Shown here: in pieces, positions 17,365-25,177 of the stretch
Layout: the number at the start of each line of letters is the position of its first letter
How positions within the stretch are numbered: the first letter of the stretch is position 1
Assembly: GCA_025340205.1 (NCBI GenBank)
Contig: CP006868.1
Coordinates: forward strand, 1,440,001 to 1,472,000
Direction: 5' to 3'
Length of the DNA: 32,000 bases
From: Ignicoccus pacificus DSM 13166
GTDB taxonomy: Archaea; Thermoproteota; Thermoprotei_A; Sulfolobales; Ignicoccaceae
The notes under the pieces: model-generated
Seen by the model: the letters and a program-made list of their open reading frames with translations, nothing else
Database searches by the model: none
Told to the model about the DNA's origin: nothing
Translations under genes and position numbers: made by a program

Positions 17365-18334
17365 AGAGGTCCAAAGAGCTAGATCCATTTCCGATTTGCC
17401 CGGAGTGGGGCCGACGACTGCCTCCAAGCTGGTAGAGGCCGGCTACGGAACCATTGAGGCCATAGCAGTAGCGACGCCGGAGGAGTTAGTAGCGGCTGCC
17501 GGCATACCGCTCTCTACTGCGCAGAAGATAATCAAGGCGGCTAGGCAGTTACTAGACATCAGGTTCAAGACCGCTAAGGAAGTGAAGGAAGAGAGAATGC
17601 ATCTAAGGAAGATAACCACCGGCTCCAGCAACTTGGACGAGCTACTAGGCGGAGGAGTGGAGACGAAGACTATAACCGAGTTCTTCGGTGAGTTCGGAAG
17701 CGGTAAGAGCCAGATCTCTCACCAGTTGAGCGTGAACGTCCAGCTACCAGCAGATCAAGGTGGGCTCACCGAGGGCGACAAGATAGCGAAGGCCGTCTAC
17801 ATAGACACCGAGGGTACCTTCAGGTGGGAAAGGATAGAGCAAATGGCCAGATGCTTAGGAATGGATCCTGAGCTGGTAATGGAAAACATATACTACATGA
17901 GGGCAGTTAACAGCGATCATCAGATGGCAGTGGTAGAGGAACTCTTCGAGCTAGTGCCCAAGGAGAACGTGAAGTTGGTGGTAGTAGACTCAGTAACCAG
18001 CCACTTCAGGGCGGAGTATCCTGGAAGAGAGAACTTGGCCTTGAGGCAGCAGAAGTTGAACAAGCACTTGCACCAGCTCGGAAGGCTAGCTGAGGTGTTC
18101 AACGTAGCGGTGGTGATAACCAACCAAGTGATGGCCAGACCCGACGTGTTCTACGGAGATCCAACTCAAGCTGTCGGAGGTCACGTGCTTTACCACGCCC
18201 CTGGAGTTAGAGTGCAGCTGAAGAAGAGCAGAGGAAACAAGAGGATTGCTAGGATGGTAGATGCCCCACACTTGCCGGAAGGAGAGACCGTGTTCGCCAT
18301 CACGGAGTGTGGTATACGTGACCCAGAGGACTGA
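17360..18334 (+). CDS. radA: DNA repair and recombination protein RadA
   Basis: N-terminal Hh[18 protein letters not shown], Walker [37 protein letters not shown]. Confidence 0.97.
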   Translation: MSEVQRARSISDLPGVGPTTASKLVEAGYGTIEAIAVATPEELVAAAGIPLSTAQKIIKAARQLLDIRFKTAKEVKEERMHLRKITTGSSNLDELLGGGVETKTITEFFGEFGSGKSQISHQLSVNVQLPADQGGLTEGDKIAKAVYIDTEGTFRWERIEQMARCLGMDPELVMENIYYMRAVNSDHQMAVVEELFELVPKENVKLVVVDSVTSHFRAEYPGRENLALRQQKLNKHLHQLGRLAEVFNVAVVITNQVMARPDVFYGDPTQAVGGHVLYHAPGVRVQLKKSRGNKRIARMVDAPHLPEGETVFAITECGIRDPED

Positions 18335-18521
18335 TCTCATTATTTCCCTTCTTAAAGAAAAGGGTTCCCTAACGTCGAAGGAGATAATTACTCACTTAAT
18401 TGAGAAAGGGGTTGACGTAATAGAAGCAAGAGTAAGTCTGGCTAACTTAGTGAGGGAGGGAGCTATCGAGAAGGTTCCCGATTATGAGAAGAAGGTAGAA
18501 GTGTTTAAGTTGAAGGAGTAA
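18318..18521 (+). CDS. Small winged-helix-like protein, ~67 aa, overlapping the radA 3' end
   Basis: In-frame GTG at 18318 gives [67 protein letters not shown], a typical HTH pattern. The 18261 start in the track is probably spurious. Confidence 0.72.
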   Translation: MTQRTDLIISLLKEKGSLTSKEIITHLIEKGVDVIEARVSLANLVREGAIEKVPDYEKKVEVFKLKE

Positions 18522-18540
18522 AAAGAGTATTTTGTTATCT

Positions 18541-20211
18541 TTACTTCTTCATAGCCATCTCGTATAGCTTTAGGAATGTCTCCATTCTCGCTAGGTTCTC
18601 AGTGAGCCTATACCATCCTCTCTTGAAGGTGGTCCAGTCCTGTCCGTTCATGGCAACGCCAGCCCTTATGCTGTTGGCGTAGAACAGCCAAGTGTTGACC
18701 CATAGCCTCTCGAAGTACTCGTCGAAGAGGGTGCTGGGCTTCTTGAGGTCGACGTGAGCCAGTCCCTCCTGCCAAGCCTTTAGTAGCAGCACAGTAGCCT
18801 TCAGGGTGGCTAGGTTGGTCTCCTTGATCTGCTCGTCTAGCTCCTTGAACTTAGTCTCGACGTACTGCTTGTTGTGGCAGAACATACATACCTTCTCCAT
18901 TAGGGCCTTCCTCTTAGCTTGCTCCTGAGGACTGATCAGAGCGGGCTTGCCGGTGGTAGTGTTAATAGCGTACAGGAACTTACCAGTCTTGATATCGGGA
19001 GCTAGGCTCACCGGCAGAGGTAGCTTCACTCCAACTAGAGCCTTAGCGATGGTCAGACCCTCCTTAGCTAGGACCTCAGCGGTGTCAGCGGGTACAGCCT
19101 CGACGGCCATCTCCCAGTGCTTGCCTCCCTTAGGCATCGGGTGAGCGTAGATCAGACCGAATATCCTCACCCACAGCCTGCTGTCGACGTTGTGGGTCCT
19201 GGGCACTACCACCTTGTTGGTGTTGGGGTCAACTAGCTGGCTCATGTGACAAGTGGCGCAAGTGGGGGCGGTGAAGTCAACGCCGGGCTTCCAAGCGGGT
19301 GCCTTCATGTTGAAGTGGCTGTGATGCACGAACCATATGTTGCCGTGCTTACTCTCCTTCCAGACGTTGTACTCAGGCACGTCGGGATCTAGGTGGCACT
19401 GCCCACAAGTGTAGGGGCTCCTAGCTATGGCTATATCGAAGCTGTGCCTGGGGTGGCAAGCAGTACAAGCTCCTCTGCTTCCGTCGGGATTGACCCTTCC
19501 TACTCCGTGGTTGGGATATCCGTCATAGACTGCCATCTGCACTGGCAGGCCGTAGACCATCTCGGTCTTAGTGCCCTCGAACTTCACCTTAGTACCATGA
19601 CACTCTAGACAGCTTATCCTCTGGCTGGTGCTCTCTCCTCCTACCTTCTTACCCATACAAGTGAAGGTGGTGCTAGCGTCAACTAGGCCCTTGTATATGG
19701 GGTTCTTTACTAGGTTGTAGTAGGCCCAAGCCTTGCTGCTCTGCTCGTACTGCTTGACCTCAGTTCTGTGGCAAGTAGCACAGTCGTTAGGAGTGACTAT
19801 TACGTGGATCTTGAAGCCGAAGTGATCTATGGTGTCGGGGTGCTTGCCGGGATTCATGGCGTGGCACTCATAGCATCCGACTACGTAGTTCCTGTACTTA
19901 GGAGGTATCTGGTTTAGAGGGGTGCTTATCTCTCTAGCTATAGCGGGCTTTCTCCAAGCCTGAGCAGGGGTCACGTGGGCCATCTTGCTCCTTAGCCAAT
20001 CGGCGACTATTCCGGGAGTGTACTGGACGTGGCAGCTGAGACAGCTCTGGGTCTGAGGGCTGACGTTCTTTAGTTGGGAGATCGCTTGCATTAGGTTTAG
20101 GGTGTTGGCCTTTGCTGGAGCGCTGGCCGGTCCACCCATGCCTCCCATAGGCATGGCTAGGAGAGCGGTCGCTAGGATAAGCGCTAGAAGAGGAGCCTTC
20201 AAGGCCTTCAT
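18541..20211 (-). CDS. HAO-like octaheme c-type cytochrome
   Basis: Signal peptide plus exactly eight CxxCH motifs (CLSCH, CYECH, CATCH, CLECH, CTACH, CGQCH, CATCH, CMFCH). HAO-family sequence SKHGNIWFVHHSHFNMKAPAWKPGVDFTAPTCATCHMS. Confidence 0.93.
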   Translation of the reverse strand: MKALKAPLLALILATALLAMPMGGMGGPASAPAKANTLNLMQAISQLKNVSPQTQSCLSCHVQYTPGIVADWLRSKMAHVTPAQAWRKPAIAREISTPLNQIPPKYRNYVVGCYECHAMNPGKHPDTIDHFGFKIHVIVTPNDCATCHRTEVKQYEQSSKAWAYYNLVKNPIYKGLVDASTTFTCMGKKVGGESTSQRISCLECHGTKVKFEGTKTEMVYGLPVQMAVYDGYPNHGVGRVNPDGSRGACTACHPRHSFDIAIARSPYTCGQCHLDPDVPEYNVWKESKHGNIWFVHHSHFNMKAPAWKPGVDFTAPTCATCHMSQLVDPNTNKVVVPRTHNVDSRLWVRIFGLIYAHPMPKGGKHWEMAVEAVPADTAEVLAKEGLTIAKALVGVKLPLPVSLAPDIKTGKFLYAINTTTGKPALISPQEQAKRKALMEKVCMFCHNKQYVETKFKELDEQIKETNLATLKATVLLLKAWQEGLAHVDLKKPSTLFDEYFERLWVNTWLFYANSIRAGVAMNGQDWTTFKRGWYRLTENLARMETFLKLYEMAMKK

Positions 20212-20273
20212 GTTCCTTCCCTCCCTCGGGGTTTAGTGTTAATGGAGTCACTGAAAAAGCTTTCCCGGGCGGT

Positions 20274-20306
20274 TTACAAAACGAGATTAGCACTGTTTAC
20301 AAAAAC
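20274..20306. repeat. Direct repeat GTTTACAAAA x2 in the cytochrome/nre divergent promoter
   Basis: GTTTACAAAA at 20274-20283 and 20297-20306, 23 bp start to start. Confidence 0.8.
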
Positions 20307-20344
20307 CCCGAAACCATCACTATGGAAAAGGGGAGATCAGATAG

Positions 20345-21529
20345 ATGAAGAGAATCGATCCCGAGCTCTGCGCTCGGTGTAAGGGATACAAGAGGCTCTG
20401 CGGTCTTCCGAACTGCCCTATATTGCAAAGATTTCGGGCCTACAAAAGTGCGGGCTGGGAGGAGAAGGAGCCGGAAGGCCCAACTCCGCCATCTCCTATA
20501 GTAGGAGAAAGAGGTTACCCTAAGGTCCCCGTATCCCTTGGTCTCTCACCTTACGGGGATCCAAAGCTCCGTGATGATCCATATATGTGGATTAAGATGA
20601 ACTTGAAGCTAGAAGATATAGCAAGACTCAGAATGGAGATGCTTAATCCTTTTAAGAGATTTGATGCCAGGAGACCTTGGGAGCTTCTTAAAGGCGAGAT
20701 CTTGTGGGGTGCTATAAGCGAGAAGCCTGTAGACGTGGAGGCTGAAGCCTTAGGCAAGCCTAAGCCCCCCTCTCTAGACGGCTTACTAGCTCCCCTCGGT
20801 CCCTCGGTTAAGGCGGAAAAAGTAAAGGTTACTTCAAACCCAAAGGTAGATCCCCTCATCGAAAGGAGGGCTTCTGAGAGAATAAAGGCGGAGGAAGCGC
20901 TTAGAGAACTCTTCGAGTGGGGAAGGGATCCCTATTTGCTCATCAAGGCGTTTAGCCTGGGAATGTTTGGGAGGAAGAAGAGGCTAGTTCCCACGCGTTG
21001 GGCCATAACTGCCGTTGATCAGACCCTTTCCAAATTCCTTAAGGAGAACATCTTAAAGTTTTCTTGGATCGACGGGTTTAAGGTCGGAAGATATTCTCAC
21101 CTAGGTAACACCTATACCGTGATACTGAAGCCGGGGCCGCCTTCTGTTGAGATGTTCGAGATATGGAAGAGAGGCAGCTTGTGGAGTTCGGAGAAGGACG
21201 TTCTCATTTACAATATCGAGTACTCATTACCCACTTCCAAGGCTATGGATCCTTCTGACGGGGGCTTCCATGCCATAAAACATGGAGTGTTGAAAGCGTT
21301 ATACGAGAAGAGGGTAAGCGCTTCTGTAATCGTGATAAGGGAGATAGATGAGAGCTACTATATGCCTTTGGGAGTGTGGCAGGTCAGAGAGGGAGCTAGG
21401 CTGGCTGCGCTCGAAGCGCTGAGCTCCCCCAACCTCAACGAGAAAGAGTTGGGGGAGGTGGTTAACGAGAAGTACCTCAGCTCTTCGCGCTTGTTGAGGA
21501 CCCGAGGTCTCTCAGAGTACATAAAATAG
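20345..21529 (+). CDS. Archaeal Nre-family DNA repair protein (NreA/NreB-like)
   Basis: N-terminal zinc-finger-like CARCKGYKRLCGLPNCPI, GERGYPKVPVSLGL, KHGVLKALYEKRVSASVIVIREIDESYYMPLGVWQVREGAR. Confidence 0.85.
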   Translation: MKRIDPELCARCKGYKRLCGLPNCPILQRFRAYKSAGWEEKEPEGPTPPSPIVGERGYPKVPVSLGLSPYGDPKLRDDPYMWIKMNLKLEDIARLRMEMLNPFKRFDARRPWELLKGEILWGAISEKPVDVEAEALGKPKPPSLDGLLAPLGPSVKAEKVKVTSNPKVDPLIERRASERIKAEEALRELFEWGRDPYLLIKAFSLGMFGRKKRLVPTRWAITAVDQTLSKFLKENILKFSWIDGFKVGRYSHLGNTYTVILKPGPPSVEMFEIWKRGSLWSSEKDVLIYNIEYSLPTSKAMDPSDGGFHAIKHGVLKALYEKRVSASVIVIREIDESYYMPLGVWQVREGARLAALEALSSPNLNEKELGEVVNEKYLSSSRLLRTRGLSEYIK

Positions 21530-21992
21530 GTAGTTCTGACTCCCACCTTTCTGGTTCCACGAGCTCCCTAGGTAAGTCGCGAGTGTTGGAAAACAGCTGG
21601 TAGACGGCCTTCCAGCTGACCTTCCCTCTACTCGTGATCAACTCGGTACTCTTCAAGCACTTAGTTAACTTCATTCCCTTTTCCTTAGCCTTCTTACATG
21701 CAAAATAGACAATGTATTTTGCAAGCATTTCGCCGAGGTATCCTATCCTTCCTCTGTCTTGATTTAGCCTCGCAGCAAACCAGTTGCCAATAGTTTGGGC
21801 CGCTTTCTCTACTAGGTCTACGTCCACTTCTACTGGCAACACCGCTCTCGCCCTTCCCCCCATGACCTCAATGATGTTTCCATTTACCTTAACGTCTACA
21901 CACTTGACTACCTTCTCCTTCCTCTGACCGCATATTATCAGTAAGTATACAGTATCCCCCTCACGACCCACCTTAGCCCTACAGTTCTTCAA
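21477..21992 (-). CDS. Hypothetical protein, 171 aa
   Basis: Intact ORF (TTG start), Cys-containing, basic. Convergent 53-nt overlap with the Nre-family gene. Confidence 0.65.
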   Translation of the reverse strand: MKNCRAKVGREGDTVYLLIICGQRKEKVVKCVDVKVNGNIIEVMGGRARAVLPVEVDVDLVEKAAQTIGNWFAARLNQDRGRIGYLGEMLAKYIVYFACKKAKEKGMKLTKCLKSTELITSRGKVSWKAVYQLFSNTRDLPRELVEPERWESELPILCTLRDLGSSTSAKS

Positions 21993-22041
21993 TTCTATTA
22001 TCCAATAGTTATCTGTATCCCTCTCACTATTAAGTTAATAC

Positions 22042-22857
22042 CTAATGTTTCTGAAAAGCTCTCCTAATGAGATGAGCTAGAGGGACTAACAGAAGGGGTA
22101 AGGGTATTGGAGTGGTCGTTTGAGAGGTGTTCACCTCAGTTAACAGAGTGCTCACGCTAACTTGAGGTGTGAGAGGTAGGACTGTGGCTACGTAAGCTGT
22201 GGCGGTAACCAAGGGTAAGCTACCGGGACAGAAGGGGGCTACCGTAATTAAGGTACTGTTGGTACCATTGTACGTGCTGGCCCTTATCGTAACCTTAGGT
22301 ATGTTGAAGCTTACCGTATTGTAAACGGGACTAGTACAATTCCACAAAGCGTTAACTATTACTTGATCTTTCAGTACCTGAGTCCACGTTACGGTAACCG
22401 TGTAAACGTAGTACAAGTTCTCGGTAGCGTTGTAAATCTCAGTGTAGGTCGTTATCCCTTGATTGAAGGTTAGGTTTCCGCTGAAGCCGGAGCCTAATAC
22501 TGTAACCACACTTGTCATTATGCCGGAGCAAGCCGCATAGGTAGCTCCCGTAGGTATTGAGAAATAGTAAATGCCTCTCCCAGTATAAGGAGGCAAACTT
22601 ATCGCCGTCCCCTCGATGAGGGCCACACAACCAGAGGGGCTTAAGGTAACCGTGCATAAGTAGAGCTCACCGGTATACGTCAAGGAACCAACTATAGTCA
22701 ATACGTTAGTTTTCAGATAGCTGACTGGGTATATGAAATTGAAGTTCTTGTAAGCGACTGTAGTTTGTGCTTGCACCGCGTAGAGCTCGGCGCTGGCTGG
22801 TAACGCGACCAACAGAAGGATTAGTGTTATCCATTCCTTCACGGTCCAAGTTCCCAA
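22042..22857 (-). CDS. Predicted exported/surface protein with C-terminal hydrophobic anchor
   Basis: The alternative GTG start a few codons in gives MKEWITLILLLVALPASAELYA, a signal peptide. Thr/Val-rich beta domain, then a C-terminal TTPIPLPLLLVPLAHLIRRAFQKH tail. Confidence 0.75.
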   Translation of the reverse strand: MGTWTVKEWITLILLLVALPASAELYAVQAQTTVAYKNFNFIYPVSYLKTNVLTIVGSLTYTGELYLCTVTLSPSGCVALIEGTAISLPPYTGRGIYYFSIPTGATYAACSGIMTSVVTVLGSGFSGNLTFNQGITTYTEIYNATENLYYVYTVTVTWTQVLKDQVIVNALWNCTSPVYNTVSFNIPKVTIRASTYNGTNSTLITVAPFCPGSLPLVTATAYVATVLPLTPQVSVSTLLTEVNTSQTTTPIPLPLLLVPLAHLIRRAFQKH

Positions 22858-22897
22858 TGGGCTAAAAACCTACTTCAGATTAAATGTTGAGGGAACC

Positions 22898-23599
22898 ATG
22901 AAGTTTCTCTATGAAGGCAAGACTAAGAAGGTCTACGACGCTGGGGATTACTACGTCTTAGAATTTAAGGATGTCTTTACTGCGTTTGACGGAAAAAAGG
23001 TAGAGGAGGTCAAGGGTAAGGGAGAGGTTAACGCTAAGTTCACCGAGCTCCTGATGAAAGTACTTGAAGAAAAAGGTGTGCCTACTCATTTCGTGAAAAG
23101 AGATGGTAATAAGCTCTATGTAAAGAAAGCTAAGCCTTTACCCTTGGAGTTCATAGTTAGAAACTACGCTTACGGGAGCCTACTGAAGAGGCTCCCAATC
23201 TTGGAGAAGGGTCAAGAGCTCAAGAGACCTGTTTACGAAATTCACTATAAGAGCGACGAGCTTCACGATCCCTTGCTGGCAACGGATGATCCAATAGCGG
23301 CCGGCTTGCTGAGCGAGGAACAAGCGGAAGAAATAAGAAACTTGACGATGAGAGTAAATGATATATTAAAAGAAGTATTTAACGAGGCAGGATACAAGCT
23401 CATAGACTTTAAGGTTGAATATGGAATAACGCCAGAGGGCAAGATAATCCTAATTGATGAACTAAGTCCGGACTCCTTTAGGGCACACAAAGGCGAGGAG
23501 ATATACGATAAGGACTTGTTTAGGAAGGGCGCCTCCGGCGAGGAGACGCTCAAGAGGTACTTGAAGTTGTTGGAAGACTTAGAGAGGGTGGTAGCTTGA
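22898..23599 (+). CDS. purC: Phosphoribosylaminoimidazole-succinocarboxamide synthase
   Basis: KFLYEGKTKKVYDAG, EFIVRNYAYGS, LIDFKVEYGITPEGKIILIDELSPDSFR. Confidence 0.96.
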   Translation: MKFLYEGKTKKVYDAGDYYVLEFKDVFTAFDGKKVEEVKGKGEVNAKFTELLMKVLEEKGVPTHFVKRDGNKLYVKKAKPLPLEFIVRNYAYGSLLKRLPILEKGQELKRPVYEIHYKSDELHDPLLATDDPIAAGLLSEEQAEEIRNLTMRVNDILKEVFNEAGYKLIDFKVEYGITPEGKIILIDELSPDSFRAHKGEEIYDKDLFRKGASGEETLKRYLKLLEDLERVVA

Positions 23600-23868
23600 G
23601 CACTTACAAGATAGAGGTAATAATAAGGAACAAGAAGGTAGCTAGAGACCCTGAAGGAGAAACCATATACAAGGAGCTCATAGGGAGATCCTCGTATGCT
23701 AGTGAAATTAAGGGAATCAGATCGGGTAAATGGCTCCTCTTTGAAGTAGAAGCAGATAGCTTGGAGACCGCTCTGAAGGACGTGGAGAAGCTCTGTAAGG
23801 ACTTGAGAATATTCAATCCGGTGGTCCACGAGATGGAGGTGAGGCCCTATCAAGGTGGGAGTGCTTAA
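23596..23868 (+). CDS. purS: Phosphoribosylformylglycinamidine synthase subunit PurS
   Basis: Small PurS-like protein between purC and purQ. TTGA overlap with purC, DPEGETIYKELIGR and FNPVVHEMEV. Confidence 0.92.
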   Translation: MSTYKIEVIIRNKKVARDPEGETIYKELIGRSSYASEIKGIRSGKWLLFEVEADSLETALKDVEKLCKDLRIFNPVVHEMEVRPYQGGSA

Positions 23869-24514
23869 GTTCCCCGGAACCAACGGGGACGAAGACGTAG
23901 CTCACGTTGTCAGACTCTTCGGTATGGAGTCTCAAATAGTTTGGTACAAAGAGTTTAAACAAAAGGATTGGGACGCCATAGTGCTTGCAGGAGGCTTCAG
24001 CTACGCCGACAGGTTAAGGGCAGGAGCAATAGCAGCTGCCACGAAGGCCATGGATGAAGTACTAGAAGCGGCGGAAGAGGGAAAGCCCGTATTGGGTATT
24101 TGTAACGGCTTCCAAATGCTGGTCGAGAAAGGGCTCATGGGAGAGGCAGCCCTACTACACAATGAGAACAACAGATTCATATGCAAATGGGTCAAGCTAA
24201 AGGTAACTGACGTGAAAACTCCTTGGACCTTGGCTTATGAGGAAGGGGAAGAGGTCGATATGCCGATAGCTCACGCCGAAGGAAGATTCTATGCTAGTGA
24301 AAAACCTAACAGAATAGCATTTCAATACGTGGAAAATCCTAACGGGAGCTTGTGGGACGTAGCGGGAGTAGTGTCTCCTAAGTATGAAAACGTGGTTGGC
24401 ATGATGCCCCATCCGGAGAGGGCCTCTGAGGAGGTCCTAGCTCCCCCCGGAAGGGGTCCAGGAGGCAAAAAGGTCTGGGAAAGCCTTAGGACTGCTCTGA
24501 AGTCTGGCTGGTAA
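23855..24514 (+). CDS. purQ: Phosphoribosylformylglycinamidine synthase subunit PurQ
   Basis: VLKFPGTNGDED, VLAGGFSYADRLRAGAIAA, VLGICNGFQML (nucleophile Cys), HAEGRFYA, GMMPHPERA. Confidence 0.96.
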   Translation: MGVLKFPGTNGDEDVAHVVRLFGMESQIVWYKEFKQKDWDAIVLAGGFSYADRLRAGAIAAATKAMDEVLEAAEEGKPVLGICNGFQMLVEKGLMGEAALLHNENNRFICKWVKLKVTDVKTPWTLAYEEGEEVDMPIAHAEGRFYASEKPNRIAFQYVENPNGSLWDVAGVVSPKYENVVGMMPHPERASEEVLAPPGRGPGGKKVWESLRTALKSGW

Positions 24515-25115
24515 AGCACACCATCTCCCTTATCTTTGCAAGAAGTTTCTCCTTCTCCTCTAGCTCCTTCTGGAGCTCCTCCAGTCTCTTCCTCAGCTTC
24601 TCTAGCTCCTCCTTGTTGGCGGCTTGCGCCAGCTTCTCCTTCAACTCCGCATTCTCCTTCTCCAGCTCTTTTATCCTGTTCTCCAGCTCTGCTATCTTCT
24701 CACTTGGGATTACAACTCCCTTTATCGGGATGACGAGCTTCAGCTCTCCTCTAGCTAGAAGCTCGTAGGTTTCCCTAACTAGCTTGCCCGCCTTGGTCTT
24801 CCCCCTTAAGTGATTCCTTATAGTACTCTCGCTTCTGCCCAGCTCCTCAGCTATTTGGGGAATCGTATAACCGGCCTTCTCCCTAGCTAGAGCTCCTGCG
24901 GCCACTGCTAAGGAGTCCACCCAAGTGGCCCTCTCCCTGGGATCTAGTATCAATTGAATTACCTCTGGTCTGTAAATTGTTCCAATAATCAAAGCCGTCT
25001 CAAGTTCCATTATCTCTTTCTTCGAAGTAGGCCTTAAGGGAACGTGACTCAAGTCGATCTCAATGGTACCGTCCTCTCTCGTGCGAACGTATCCCTCAGT
25101 CACAACTCTCACCAT
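24486..25115 (-). CDS. HTH DNA-binding protein with long C-terminal coiled coil
   Basis: AGYTIPQIAEELGRSESTIRNHLRGKTKAGKLVRETYELL helix-turn-helix, followed by ELENRIKELEKENAELKEKL...LEELQKELEEKEKLL heptads. Confidence 0.8.
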   Translation of the reverse strand: MVRVVTEGYVRTREDGTIEIDLSHVPLRPTSKKEIMELETALIIGTIYRPEVIQLILDPRERATWVDSLAVAAGALAREKAGYTIPQIAEELGRSESTIRNHLRGKTKAGKLVRETYELLARGELKLVIPIKGVVIPSEKIAELENRIKELEKENAELKEKLAQAANKEELEKLRKRLEELQKELEEKEKLLAKIREMVCFTSQTSEQS

Positions 25116-25177
25116 TTACTCTCATGTGTCCAAAGATTTACTAGCTTAGGGCATCCCCCTAATCGGGGTCAGAGTAC

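Noticed and set aside
18947-20293. Small ORFs overlapping the octaheme cytochrome
   Set aside because: Antisense or out-of-frame to a gene with eight CxxCH motifs. Their open frames follow from GC-biased codon usage.
22898-24514. purCSQ cluster as a novel arrangement
   Set aside because: purC-purS-purQ with short start/stop overlaps is an ordinary archaeal/bacterial purine gene order. purL is simply not within this window.
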